Counted from the stretch's first letter, positions 1-9,482 are shown. The stretch is 64,000 nucleotides of DNA from an uncultured Chloroflexia bacterium (GCA_963707215.1 CAVPPB010000003.1:1568001-1632000); one strand, 5' to 3'. Numbers and translations are program-made. Notes: generated from the letters alone by a model not told the origin.

Positions 1-157
1 GCTCGTCGATGCTGGCTCCGCGCTCAGATAGGGTGACGGGTCCGATCTCGGCCGCCGGGACGCCGTCGACCGTGATGATCAGCCGCTCGCCGGCCCGCGC
101 CCGGCGTACGACCCGGCTGGCCTGGTTCCTGAGCTCCCGGAGCGCGATGCGGTCCAT
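1..157 (-). CDS. Phd/YefM-family type II antitoxin (3' end runs off the window)
   Basis: Not in the ORF track; manual translation from ATG at 157 gives MDRIALRELRNQASRVVRRARAGERLIITVDGVPAAEIGP..., the typical Phd/YefM N-terminal pattern; TACAGT -10 box 6 nt upstream. Confidence 0.85.
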   Translation of the reverse strand, partial: MDRIALRELRNQASRVVRRARAGERLIITVDGVPAAEIGPVTLSERGASIDE

Positions 158-233
158 GGACTGACTGTAGCACATGGCCTACGACGTCCATCTGGCGCTC
201 CCCGCCTCGCTCGACCGACGCTAGCATCTCGTC

Positions 234-1283
234 ATGCACGCGCAGGTACCACTCCTCCTCGACGTCGATACCGGGATCGACGACGCGCTCGCGCTGCTGT
301 ATGCCTGCGCCTCGCCCGAGACCGAGCTGCTCGCTGTCACCTGCACCGCCGGCAACACGACGGCCCGCCAGTCGGCCGAGAACACCCTCGCCGTCCTCGA
401 GCTGGCCGGCCGGGCTGACATCGAGGTCGCCCTCGGTCGCGAGGTGCCGCTCGTTCGACCGCTCGAGACGACGCCCGAGACCCACGGCCCGCGCGGTCTC
501 GGCTACGCCGAGCTGCCGCCGCCGAGCCGGCCGCTATCCGAGCGCTTCGGGCCGGACGTCATCGTGGAGACCGCCCGCGAGCGCCCCGGCGAGGTCACCC
601 TGGTCACCCTCGGCCCGTTGACGAACCTCGCGGTCGCCCTGATGCGCGAGCCCGAGCTGCCGCGCCTGCTGCGGCGCTGGGTCCTGATGGGCGGCAGCTA
701 CCGCTCGCCCGGCAACACCGCCCCGACGACCGAGTGGAACACCCACTGCGACCCGGAGGCGGCCAAGCTGTGCCTCGACGCGTTCGGCCGTTCGAGCGCC
801 GAGCTCGGGACGCCTCGGCCGGTCGCCCTCGGGCTCGACGTGACCGAGCGGGCCAAGCTCGTACCCGACCACATCGTCGCCCTGGCCCGCCGGGCCGGCA
901 GCCGACCCGAGCCGTCGCTCGACCCCGACCACGACCCGGAGAGCCGCTCGATCGCCAGCCACCGGGTGGTCCGCTTCATCGCCGACGCGCTGCGCTTCTA
1001 CATGGAGTTCCACTCCCGCTACGACGGCTTCTACGGCGCCTTCATCCACGATCCGCTGGCGGTCGGGGTAGCGCTCGACCCGTCCCTGGTCCGGACCGAG
1101 GCGCTGACCGTCGACGTGGAGCTGGTCGGCACGCTGACCGCCGGCGAGACGGTCACCGACTGGCGGCGGGTCTGGGGCCGCCCACCGAACCTCGACGTGG
1201 CCGTCGAGGCGGATGCCGCCCGGTTCCTCGACCGCTTCGTGGAGCGGGTCGGCGCCCTGGCAGAGCGGATCGGCGCGGACTGA
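234..1283 (+). CDS. Nucleoside hydrolase (inosine/uridine-preferring family)
   Basis: N-terminal DVDTGIDD (DxDxxxDD), LGPLTN, EWN..DPEAA and HDP motifs. Confidence 0.93.
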   Translation: MHAQVPLLLDVDTGIDDALALLYACASPETELLAVTCTAGNTTARQSAENTLAVLELAGRADIEVALGREVPLVRPLETTPETHGPRGLGYAELPPPSRPLSERFGPDVIVETARERPGEVTLVTLGPLTNLAVALMREPELPRLLRRWVLMGGSYRSPGNTAPTTEWNTHCDPEAAKLCLDAFGRSSAELGTPRPVALGLDVTERAKLVPDHIVALARRAGSRPEPSLDPDHDPESRSIASHRVVRFIADALRFYMEFHSRYDGFYGAFIHDPLAVGVALDPSLVRTEALTVDVELVGTLTAGETVTDWRRVWGRPPNLDVAVEADAARFLDRFVERVGALAERIGAD

Positions 1284-1400
1284 CCGGAAGTCGCGACGGG
1301 CTGGTCTCGCGGCCGCCGGCGTGGCACGCTATCGGCGGGAAGGTCGGCTGACCGGGGCGCCCGTCGCGCCGCGCAGCCATCGGTTCGAGGGAGGGCTCGG

Positions 1401-2267
1401 ATGGACACGGCCATGGCGTGGGTCCGGGGGCAGTTCGACACGCGGACGATCGTGCTCATCCCGATCGCGATCGCGATCAACATCATCCTGGGCCAGACCG
1501 TGGCCTCGGTCCTGAAGATCCCGATCTACCTCGACTCGATCGGCACCGTGCTGGTGGCCGTCCTGGCCGGCCCGATCCCGGGCCTGCTGACGGGCCTGCT
1601 GGCCAACCTCATCTGGACATACGTCCTGCCGGCGCCGCTCAACTCGCCATACGCGGCGCCGTTCGCGGTCGTCGCCGCCGAGATCGGCCTGGTCGCCGGC
1701 ATCGCCGCCAGCCTGGGCTTCTTCCGCAGCCGGCCCATGACGCCGTGGCCGCAGCTCATCGTCGGCGGCACGGTCGTGGGCGCGATCATCCTGATCATCG
1801 GGATCTGGGGCTTCATCCCCTTCTACACCGACGGGACGTTCACGTTCTTCGGCGACACGACCGACGCGAACCCGTTCTTCGTCGCCATGGGCTACCTGAT
1901 CGGGGTCGGCCTGCTGGCGGCGATCGTCGGGCTCTTCGCCCTGCTCTTCTGGCGGCGTGACCTCGGGGTCGCCTACGTGTTCATCGCGGGGCTGGTCTGC
2001 GGGATCATCTCGGCCTTCATGTCGGCGCCGATCTCCGCCGTCGTCTTCGGCGGCGTCACCGGGTCCGGCACAGATCTCCTGGTGGCCGCCTTCCAGCAGG
2101 GCGGGGCCGATCTCCAGACCGCCGTGCTCCAGCAGGGCCTGCTATCCGATCCGATCGACAAGACGGTGACCTTCTTCGTCGTCTTCCTGCTCATCCAGAC
2201 GCTCTCCCGGCGCTTCGTCGCCCGCTTCCCCCAGGGCGAGAAGGCGATCGGGCTGGAGGAGGCGTAA
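1401..2267 (+). CDS. ECF transporter S component (substrate-binding), possibly for nucleosides
   Basis: Hydrophobic protein with AIAINI..LK.PIYLDSIGT..LAGP and DPIDK motifs; followed by T and A components. Confidence 0.85.
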   Translation: MDTAMAWVRGQFDTRTIVLIPIAIAINIILGQTVASVLKIPIYLDSIGTVLVAVLAGPIPGLLTGLLANLIWTYVLPAPLNSPYAAPFAVVAAEIGLVAGIAASLGFFRSRPMTPWPQLIVGGTVVGAIILIIGIWGFIPFYTDGTFTFFGDTTDANPFFVAMGYLIGVGLLAAIVGLFALLFWRRDLGVAYVFIAGLVCGIISAFMSAPISAVVFGGVTGSGTDLLVAAFQQGGADLQTAVLQQGLLSDPIDKTVTFFVVFLLIQTLSRRFVARFPQGEKAIGLEEA

Positions 2268-3097
2268 CCGGCGGGTCGTCGGCCCGGTCCATCCGGGCCG
2301 ACGAACTGGAGCCCGAGGACGCCGCCCTCATCGCCCGGCTCGTCCCCGGGACGCCGACCGTCTACGACCGCCTCAACCCGCTGACGAAGGCGACGATCGC
2401 GACCGTCTCGTCACTCGGGGCGTTCGTCCTGGGCGGCTACATCGGGCCGCTGGCGATCCTCGTCGTCACCCTGCTCCTGGCCGCGACCGCCCACGTCGCC
2501 GGGAAGCTGCTCCGGGTCTCGCTCATCGTGACCCTGCCGCTGGCCGTCTCGGTCGTCCTGGTCTCCGCCCTGACCCGGGCCGGCGCGACCGTCCTCTTCG
2601 TCCTCGGGCCGTTCGACGTGACCCTGGAGGGCGTCGACTTCGCAGCCCAGACGGTCGTTCGCCTCCTGGCCATCTCGACCGCCCTGGGCCTCTTCGCCCT
2701 CACGACCCCGCCGCGGGCCTTCGTCCTCGACCTCGAGCGCCGCGGGGTGTCGCCGCGGCTGGCCTTCGTCGCCATCGCCACCGTCGAGGCCGTCCCGACG
2801 CTCGTCGAGCGCGGCAGCACGATCGCCGAGGCCCAGCGGGCCCGGGGCCTTGACACGGAGGGCGGGATCGTCGCCCGCCTCCGCGGCCTGTTGCCCATCG
2901 TCGGGCCGATGATCCTGGGCTCCCTGACCGACGTCGAGGAGCGCAGCCTGGCCCTCGAGTCGCGAGCCTTCAGCCGGCCCGGCCGACGCCATCTCCTGTG
3001 GGCGATGCCCGACACGTCGTGGGAGCGGCTCGTCCGTTGGCTGCTCGTCGTGGCCCTGGCCGTCGCCGTGGTCGGACGCCTGGCCGGAGCGTACTGA
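2264..3097 (+). CDS. ecfT: ECF transporter transmembrane T component
   Basis: RLNPLTK N-terminal motif, EAQRARG and ESRAF Arg motifs; the frame is open back to 2264 (GTA overlapping the upstream stop), and the first GTG at 2528 would remove the conserved N-terminus. Confidence 0.85.
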   Translation, partial: VTGGSSARSIRADELEPEDAALIARLVPGTPTVYDRLNPLTKATIATVSSLGAFVLGGYIGPLAILVVTLLLAATAHVAGKLLRVSLIVTLPLAVSVVLVSALTRAGATVLFVLGPFDVTLEGVDFAAQTVVRLLAISTALGLFALTTPPRAFVLDLERRGVSPRLAFVAIATVEAVPTLVERGSTIAEAQRARGLDTEGGIVARLRGLLPIVGPMILGSLTDVEERSLALESRAFSRPGRRHLLWAMPDTSWERLVRWLLVVALAVAVVGRLAGAY

Positions 3098-3099
3098 CC

Positions 3100-3909
3100 G
3101 TGCTGGAGCTGCGCGGGGTCGCCTACCGCTACCCGGGCTATGCCCGCCGGGTCCTCGAAGACGTCGACCTCACCCTCGCCGACGGGGAGATCGTCGGGGT
3201 CGTGGGGGCCAACGAGGCCGGCAAGAGCACCCTCTGCCTGGTCGCCTCCGGCCTGGCTCCCGCCTCGATCGGCGGTCAGCTGACCGGCGAGCTCCGGATC
3301 GACGGGGAGTCGATGCCCGGCCGGCCGATCCACGAGCTGGCGACCCGGGTCGGCATCGGCTTCCAGAACCCGGCCACCCAGCTGTCCGGGGTGACCGGCT
3401 CGGTGTTCGAGGAGGTGGCCCTGGGCCCGATGAACCTGGGCCTCGAGGTGCCCGAGACGGTCCGCCGGGCGAAGGAGGCCCTGGCGACCCTCCGGATCGA
3501 GGCGCTGGCCGAGCGTCCCCCGAACCGCCTCTCGGGCGGCCAGGGCCAGCTCGTCGTGCTGGCCTCGCTGCTGGCGATGCGGCCGCCGCACCTGGTCCTC
3601 GACGAGCCGACCGCCCAGCTGGATCCCGAGGGGACGCGGCTCGTCGGCGAGGCGATCCGGGCCCTGGCGGCGGCCGGCACGGCCATGCTCATCGCCGAGC
3701 ACAAGACGGACCTCCTCGACGGGCTGTGCGATCGCGTCGTCGTCGTGGATGGCGGCCGGATCGTGCTCCAGGGCCCGGCGGCGACGGTCCTCGAGGACCC
3801 GCGCCTGGAGGAGCTGGGCGTCGAGCCGCCGGCCCGGGTCCGCCTCGGCCGAGCGCTGGGCGCCCGCGGTCTGGACCCGGCGAGCGTCCTGGCCGGAGCG
3901 ACGTCGTGA
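3100..3909 (+). CDS. ECF transporter ATPase (A component)
   Basis: Walker A GANEAGKST, FQNP Q-loop, LSGGQ, LVLDEPT, EH switch. Confidence 0.9.
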   Translation: MLELRGVAYRYPGYARRVLEDVDLTLADGEIVGVVGANEAGKSTLCLVASGLAPASIGGQLTGELRIDGESMPGRPIHELATRVGIGFQNPATQLSGVTGSVFEEVALGPMNLGLEVPETVRRAKEALATLRIEALAERPPNRLSGGQGQLVVLASLLAMRPPHLVLDEPTAQLDPEGTRLVGEAIRALAAAGTAMLIAEHKTDLLDGLCDRVVVVDGGRIVLQGPAATVLEDPRLEELGVEPPARVRLGRALGARGLDPASVLAGATS

Positions 3910-4739
3910 TCCGCCTGGAGCTCCGTGGCGTCGGCTTCACCTATCCCGGCGGGACCAGGGCGCTCGACGGCGTCGACCTCGTCGTTGGGCCCGGGGAGCG
4001 GGTGGCGATCATCGGCCAGAACGGTAGCGGCAAGTCCACGCTCGTCCGCCATCTCGACGGCCTGCTCCGGCCGTCGGAGGGCGAGGTCCTCCACGACGGT
4101 ACCGACATCCGCGACCAGCGCGTCGCCCGGCTGGCGGCCCGAGTCGGCGTCGTCTTCCAGAACCCGGACCGCCAGATCTTCAGCGGGCGCGTCCGGTCGG
4201 AGGTGGCCTTCGGACCCCGGATGCTCGGTCGGCGCGACCCGGAGCTGTCGTCGGCCGTCGCCGCGGCGCTCGAGGCGGTCGGTCTGGCCGACCAGGCGGA
4301 CGCCAACCCGTACGACCTGGGCTACTCCCGGCGCAAGCTCCTGGCGCTGGCATCGGTCCTGGCGATGGGGACGCCGGTCCTCGTGCTGGACGAGCCGACG
4401 ACGGGCCAGGACCTGCGCGGGATCCGGCGCGTCCAGGGGATCGTCGGGGCGGTCGCGGGCGAGGGCCGGACGGTGATCGCCGTGAGCCACGACATGCGCT
4501 TCGTGGCCGAGACCTTCGAGCGGGTCGTCGTCATGGGTGGCGGTCGGGTCGTCCTCGACGGCACACCGGGCGAGGTCTTCGCCGGGCCGGCATGGCCGAC
4601 GCTCGCGGCGACCTACGTCGAGCCGCCGCTGCCGGCACGGGTCGGGGCAGGTCTCGGACTCGGCTCGACGCCCACGGAGGCCGCCCTCGTCGAGGCACTC
4701 GCCGGACGGCTCGACGACGCGGGTCCCGGGCCTGCTTAG
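3906..4739 (+). CDS. ECF transporter ATPase (A' component)
   Basis: GQNGSGKST, FQNPD, LVLDEPTTGQD, SHD; GTGA overlap with the upstream stop. Confidence 0.9.
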   Translation: MIRLELRGVGFTYPGGTRALDGVDLVVGPGERVAIIGQNGSGKSTLVRHLDGLLRPSEGEVLHDGTDIRDQRVARLAARVGVVFQNPDRQIFSGRVRSEVAFGPRMLGRRDPELSSAVAAALEAVGLADQADANPYDLGYSRRKLLALASVLAMGTPVLVLDEPTTGQDLRGIRRVQGIVGAVAGEGRTVIAVSHDMRFVAETFERVVVMGGGRVVLDGTPGEVFAGPAWPTLAATYVEPPLPARVGAGLGLGSTPTEAALVEALAGRLDDAGPGPA

Positions 4740-4829
4740 GCCCGGGCCGATGCGCCCGACCGTTCGGTCCGCACGGACGGGCCCGTCTAGGCCCCCAGCC
4801 GCCATCATGGACGGTGCAAGGAGGTGACC

Positions 4830-5750
4830 ATGCGCATCCTGCTGGCCCTCGACGGGTCCGAGCACGCTGGTCGGGCACGCGATCTCGTCGACGGCATCGA
4901 CTGGCCGGATGGGACCGTCATCCGGGTCGTCGCGGCTGTCGAACGAGGGGGCGATCTCGTCGGGATGCCGGGCACACCGATCGGCAAGGGCGACCCCCGC
5001 GAGATCGAGACATCCACCGTCCGGCGGCTGCAGGACACGATCGATCTTGCCGTCCTCAACCTGGAGCGGCCCGGCCGCGTCGTCGAGCGGATGCTGCTCC
5101 GCGGCAGGCCGGCCTCCGCCATCGTCAAGGAGGCCCGGGGCTTCGAGGCCGACCTCGTGGTCCTCGGCAGCCGCGGCCACGGCCAGATCCGGACGATGCT
5201 CCTGGGGTCGGTCTCGGGCGAGGTCGTCGACCAGGCACCGTGCCCGGTCCTGGTGGCCCGCGGATCGCGGATCGGCTCGATCCTGTTCGCGACCGACGGC
5301 TCGGGGACGGCCGAGCACGCCGAGCACGTCCTGACCGACTGGCCGATCCTGGCCGACCGGCCGGTGACCGTCGTCTCGGTCGCCGAGGTGGGCATGCCCT
5401 GGAGCACGGGTATGTCCCCGGGCATCTACGACCAGGTCCTGGAGTCGTACACCGAGGCCGTCGACGAGGCCCGTTCCCAGTGCCAGTCCATCGCCGAAGC
5501 GACGGCCGACCGGATCCAGGGGGCCGGCTTCGAGACGACGCCGCTGATCCGCGAGGGCCCGTCGGCCGAGGAGATCGTGGCCGCGGCCCAGTCCCTCGAG
5601 GTGGATCTCGTCGTCATCGCCTCGCGTGGCCACACCGGCCTGACCCGGCTGGTCCTGGGCAGCGTCGCCCGGAGCGTGCTGACCCACGCCCCGTGCTCGG
5701 TGCTCGTCGTCCGCGAGAAGGCTCGGGTGGAACCGGTCGAAGAGACCTAG
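4830..5750 (+). CDS. Universal stress protein (tandem USP domains)
   Basis: Two repeats: ILLALDGS..GSRGHG..LLGSVS..APCPVLV and ILFATDGS..SRGHTG..LGSVA..APCSVLVV; SD AAGGAGG. Confidence 0.92.
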   Translation: MRILLALDGSEHAGRARDLVDGIDWPDGTVIRVVAAVERGGDLVGMPGTPIGKGDPREIETSTVRRLQDTIDLAVLNLERPGRVVERMLLRGRPASAIVKEARGFEADLVVLGSRGHGQIRTMLLGSVSGEVVDQAPCPVLVARGSRIGSILFATDGSGTAEHAEHVLTDWPILADRPVTVVSVAEVGMPWSTGMSPGIYDQVLESYTEAVDEARSQCQSIAEATADRIQGAGFETTPLIREGPSAEEIVAAAQSLEVDLVVIASRGHTGLTRLVLGSVARSVLTHAPCSVLVVREKARVEPVEET

Positions 5751-6208
5751 GGCTCGGGCTCCGGGCCACCCCTCGAGCCCACCCGGTCCGCGTCCCCGCC
5801 ACTGCGCCCGCCCGCGACGAGGAGCAGTAGCGACGTCTCGGCAACATCCACGGCCGCGATGACCGCGGCCACGACGAGCGGCAGCGGGTGTCCGAGGAGC
5901 CAGCCGATGCCAGCGACCACCGCCGCGAGGGCCAGGAAGGCGAGCCGGATCCCCCGCAGCATCACGATCGCGTCGACCTCGGCGAGTGGCCCGACGTCGG
6001 CCCCGGCGGCCCGGAAACGGTCGATCGAGGCGCGGAGGAGGGCGACGGACAGCACGAGCATGGCACCGACGAGGCCGGCCCGGACGAGGGCCGGTGGCGT
6101 GACGATGGCCTCGAGCAGGTCGGACCGACCCAGCAGCGCTGCGGCGCCGATGCCGGCCAGCCCGAGGACGAGGAGAACGACGGTCCCGATCCTGCCGCGG
6201 GTGCCCAC
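5747..6208 (-). CDS. Hypothetical integral membrane protein (last gene of the cys operon)
   Basis: About four hydrophobic segments; in frame with a CTG at 6220 overlapping the mec stop. Confidence 0.65.
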   Translation of the reverse strand: MGTRGRIGTVVLLVLGLAGIGAAALLGRSDLLEAIVTPPALVRAGLVGAMLVLSVALLRASIDRFRAAGADVGPLAEVDAIVMLRGIRLAFLALAAVVAGIGWLLGHPLPLVVAAVIAAVDVAETSLLLLVAGGRSGGDADRVGSRGGPEPEP

Positions 6209-6216
6209 CCGGCCGG

Positions 6217-6675
6217 TCAGGCGCCGACCCGCAGGTCGACCTCGTGGATGGTCCCGTCGACGATCCGCCAGGCGCGGATCGACGGCCGGCCCGTGGCAGC
6301 GTCCGCCTCGTCCTCGCTGAGCGACACCAGGACGTACAGGGCGTCGGGATAGAAGGCCAGGCCCACGTCGGTCGGCGAGGGACGGGCGGGCGATCGCACG
6401 TGGGAGTGGACGATGGCCCAGAAGACCTCGTCGGCATCCTCGGTCTCGAGGGTCAGGCGGAGGAGGTCGGCCGGGTCGATCTCGTAGCGGTAGGGCGAGG
6501 CGGCCTTGTTGCGCGCCGGTTCCCAGCGGAGCGGTCGACCACCCTCGGCGGCGGCGCGGTCACCGACGATGAGACCGCACATCTCGTTCGGGTACTCGGC
6601 GCGGGCGTGAGCGACGAGCGCGTCGGCGAGCACCGGAGGCAGCTCGACCGAGGAAGGGCCGGGGTGGCCGGTCAC
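6217..6675 (-). CDS. mec: JAMM/MPN+ metalloprotease, CysO-cysteine peptidase (Mec-like)
   Basis: E.CG and HSH.xSPARPSPTD (HxH-x7-S-x2-D) JAMM motif; GTGA overlap with cysM. Confidence 0.88.
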   Translation of the reverse strand: MTGHPGPSSVELPPVLADALVAHARAEYPNEMCGLIVGDRAAAEGGRPLRWEPARNKAASPYRYEIDPADLLRLTLETEDADEVFWAIVHSHVRSPARPSPTDVGLAFYPDALYVLVSLSEDEADAATGRPSIRAWRIVDGTIHEVDLRVGA

Positions 6676-7736
6676 CACCAGTTGACTCCGCCCTCCAGGT
6701 CCTCCTCCATCTCGTCGAGGTCGCGGCTGAAGGTGCCGGCCGACAGGTACTTCCAGCCGCCGTCCGGGAGGAGGGCGACGATCGTCCCTCGCTCCATGGT
6801 CTTCGCCACCCGGGCCGCTGCGACCAGGACCGCTCCGCACGACGGCCCGGCGAAGATGCCCTCCTTGAAGACGAGGTCACGCAGCGCAGCGATCGCATCG
6901 CGGTTGCTGACCAGGAACTTGCCATCGAGGAGCGTCTCGTCGTAGATCTCCGGGACGAAGCCCTCGTCGAGCGAGCGGAGACCCTGGACGTTCTCACCGG
7001 GGAGCGGTTCGGCGGCGTAGACCTTGACCCGCGGCTTGCGCTCGCGCAGGTACCGTGCCACGCCCATCAGGGTCCCACCGGTCCCGAGCCCGGCCACGAA
7101 GGCATCGATCTCCGGGCAATCCGCCAGGATCTCGGGGCCGGTCGTCTCGTAGTGGGCCAGGGGGTTGGCCGGGTTGCCGTACTGGTACGGCATGACGAAG
7201 CGGGGATCCTTGGCGACCAGGTGCTTGGCCAGCGCGATGGCGCCATTGGAGCCAAGGCGCCCCGGGGAGTCGATGATCTCCGCCCCGTACAGGGCGGCCA
7301 TCTGGCGGCGCTCGGCGGTCACGTTGTCGGGCATCACCAGGGCGACCCGGTAGCCCTTCCGGCGACCGATCATCGCCAGGGCGATGCCGGTGTTGCCCGA
7401 CGTGGGCTCGAGGATGATCGACTCGTCGGTCAGCAGGCCCCGGCGCTCCAGGTCCTCGACGAGGTACTTCGCCGCCCGATCCTTCACCGACCCGGTCGGG
7501 TTGTACATCTCGAGCTTGGCGTAGATCCGCACCTCCGGCGTCGGGCTCATCCTCGGGATGGCCACCAGGGGCGTATGCCCGACGGCGTCGAGGATGGACT
7601 CGTGCCGGCCGCCGTGGCGGGGCAGGTCCTCGTGACCGTGGAGGTGAGGGAAGGCCGGATCGTGCCCGTGACCCGGCGCGGGAGCGACGTCCCCGGCCGG
7701 GGACGTCCGCGAGGCCCGGGGTGTCGCCACGGTCAT
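6672..7736 (-). CDS. cysM: PLP-dependent cysteine synthase, CysO-dependent CysM type
   Basis: KLE.YNPTGSVKDR, PTSGNTG, GLGTGGT, DGGWKYLS; flanked by cysO and mec. Confidence 0.9.
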   Translation of the reverse strand: MTVATPRASRTSPAGDVAPAPGHGHDPAFPHLHGHEDLPRHGGRHESILDAVGHTPLVAIPRMSPTPEVRIYAKLEMYNPTGSVKDRAAKYLVEDLERRGLLTDESIILEPTSGNTGIALAMIGRRKGYRVALVMPDNVTAERRQMAALYGAEIIDSPGRLGSNGAIALAKHLVAKDPRFVMPYQYGNPANPLAHYETTGPEILADCPEIDAFVAGLGTGGTLMGVARYLRERKPRVKVYAAEPLPGENVQGLRSLDEGFVPEIYDETLLDGKFLVSNRDAIAALRDLVFKEGIFAGPSCGAVLVAAARVAKTMERGTIVALLPDGGWKYLSAGTFSRDLDEMEEDLEGGVNWW

Positions 7737-8005
7737 CCGCCGGCCATGGCGGGCAGGATGATCACCGTGTCGGTCGGACCGACCGGCGTGGCCCGCTCCT
7801 GGAGGAAGCGGACGTCCTGCCCATCCACGTAGACATTGACGAAGCGGTTCAGCTCCCCGTCGGGCGTCAGGAGCTGGCCCTCCAGCGTCGGATAGCGGGC
7901 GATCAGGGCGGCGATGACCTCGCCGACCGTCGTCGCCTCGACCTCGACCTGTTTGTCGCCGCCGGCCGAGGCCCGCAGGACCGGCGGGATCCTCACCGTG
8001 GTCAT
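7733..8005 (-). CDS. cysO: Ubiquitin-like sulfur carrier (MoaD/ThiS/CysO family)
   Basis: MTTVRIPPVLR...FVNVYVDGQDVRFL...PAMAGG ending in di-Gly; ATGA overlaps on both sides. Confidence 0.9.
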   Translation of the reverse strand: MTTVRIPPVLRASAGGDKQVEVEATTVGEVIAALIARYPTLEGQLLTPDGELNRFVNVYVDGQDVRFLQERATPVGPTDTVIILPAMAGG

Positions 8006-9279
8006 GCCCGGGACTCCGGGTCGGAGGCCACGGGCTCCGGGTCGTACGCGAGGCCCGCCGCCGCCCCGAAGCCGCCGCCGAGGACGAACGTCTCGGTCGC
8101 GCCGGTGGCAGCGGTCGCGACGGTCGCCGTCTCCAGCGGGCGGCCGGCCTTCCGTGCCTCGACCGCCGCGTCGGAGCAGGTCGGGCAGGCTGGGTCCCGC
8201 CTGAGCTTCAGCTCGGTGAACGACGCGTCGAGCGCGTCGAAGAGGAGCAGTCGCCCGGCCAGGGAGTCGCCGATGCCGAGGATGAGCTTGAGCGCCTCGT
8301 TCGCCTGGAGCATGCCCATGATCCCGGGCACGACGCCCAGGACGCCTGCCACGGAGCAGCCCGGGGCGAGCTCGGGCGGCGGCGGCGTCGGGTAGAGGCA
8401 GCGGTAGCACGGACCCTCGAACGGCTTGAAGACCGTCAGCTGGCCCTCGAACCGGAAGACCGAGGCATGGACCACCGGGATCCCGGCGGCGACCGCGGCG
8501 TCGTTGAGCAGGTAGCGGGTCTCGAAGGTGTCGGTTCCGTCGAGGATGACGTCGTAGCCGGCGATGATCCGCTCGACGTTGTCGGCGACCAGCATCTCCT
8601 CGTGACCGACCACGGTCACCTCGGGGTTGATGGCGTTGATCGTCTGCCGCGCCGACTCGACCTTCTGGGTGCCCACGCGATCCGTCGTGTGGAGGATCTG
8701 GCGCTGGAGGTTGGAGACGTCGACGACGTCGAAGTCGACGATGCCGACCGTGCCGACCCCGGCCGCGGCCAGGTACAGGGCCGCCGGCGACCCGAGCCCC
8801 CCGGCACCGACGAGCAGGACCTTGGCGTCGAGCAGCCTGCCCTGGCCCTCGAGACCCACCTCGGGGATGAGCAGGTGGCGGCTGTAACGCCGCTTCTGGG
8901 CGTCGGTCAGGATCCGCGGCACGTCCCAGTCGAGGCCCTGGGCCTTCCATGACTGGAAGCCGCCGGCCATCGAGGCGACGTTCGTGTAGCCGAGCTGCTG
9001 GAGCGTCTGGCCGGCGAAGAGCGAGCGGATCCCACCGGCGCAGTAGATGACGACGGGACGGTCGCGGTCGGGGATGGCGGCCTCGATGTCCTGCTCGAGG
9101 TAGCTCTTGGAGACGTGGAGAGCACCGGGCGCGTGTCCGGCCTCCCACTCGATCTCCTCGCGGACGTCGAGCAGGACGGTCCGCGGATCGGCGGCCCGGG
9201 CGGCATCGGCCTCGAGCGCGCTGACCTCGCGGACCTGCTCGCGGGCCTCGCGAAGGAGATCGGCGTACGACTTGGGCAT
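8002..9279 (-). CDS. moeB: Rhodanese + ThiF/E1 sulfur-carrier adenylyltransferase/sulfurtransferase (MoeB/MoeZ)
   Basis: N-terminal rhodanese domain (CAGGIRS), RYSRH, GAGGLG, SNLQRQ, CYRC and CPTC Zn motifs. Confidence 0.92.
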   Translation of the reverse strand: MPKSYADLLREAREQVREVSALEADAARAADPRTVLLDVREEIEWEAGHAPGALHVSKSYLEQDIEAAIPDRDRPVVIYCAGGIRSLFAGQTLQQLGYTNVASMAGGFQSWKAQGLDWDVPRILTDAQKRRYSRHLLIPEVGLEGQGRLLDAKVLLVGAGGLGSPAALYLAAAGVGTVGIVDFDVVDVSNLQRQILHTTDRVGTQKVESARQTINAINPEVTVVGHEEMLVADNVERIIAGYDVILDGTDTFETRYLLNDAAVAAGIPVVHASVFRFEGQLTVFKPFEGPCYRCLYPTPPPPELAPGCSVAGVLGVVPGIMGMLQANEALKLILGIGDSLAGRLLLFDALDASFTELKLRRDPACPTCSDAAVEARKAGRPLETATVATAATGATETFVLGGGFGAAAGLAYDPEPVASDPESRA

Positions 9280-9431
9280 CTGGTTGGTGGCTCCGATGGG
9301 GCGACGGGCTGCCGCCGGAGCGGCAGGGCGGTGGTGATCGACGCGTCCGTGGCGTGTCCGCTAGGAGTTCGGGCGGGGTGGGGCCACGGTTTCCCGCTGC
9401 CGGTCGCCGGGGCGGCGGGGGCTCCGCCGGC

Positions 9432-9482
9432 TCAGCGATCCGGCCGCCGACACCTGCAGCGGCCCAGGCGGTCCATCGTCAT
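9432..9482 (-). CDS. Putative Cys-containing leader peptide MTMDRLGRCRCRRPDR
   Basis: ATGA overlap with the sufU stop; GRCxC motif shared with the sORF at 31226-31309; precedes moeB-cysO-cysM. Confidence 0.55.
   Translation of the reverse strand: MTMDRLGRCRCRRPDR

Noticed and set aside
166-183. GTAG-N8-CTAC near the antitoxin promoter as a TA operator
   Set aside because: Arms are only 4 bp; plausible but not distinguishable from chance
3276-6437. Very long antisense or alternative-frame ORFs (1053 aa here; also 10639-12579, 54707-57214, and the spurious N-terminal part of 26644-30531)
   Set aside because: Expected stop-codon scarcity in high-GC DNA; they overlap well-supported genes and lack motifs
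9361-9370. CTAGGAGTTC resembling one half of the degenerate Rrf2 site
   Set aside because: No matching second half-site at 7-bp spacing
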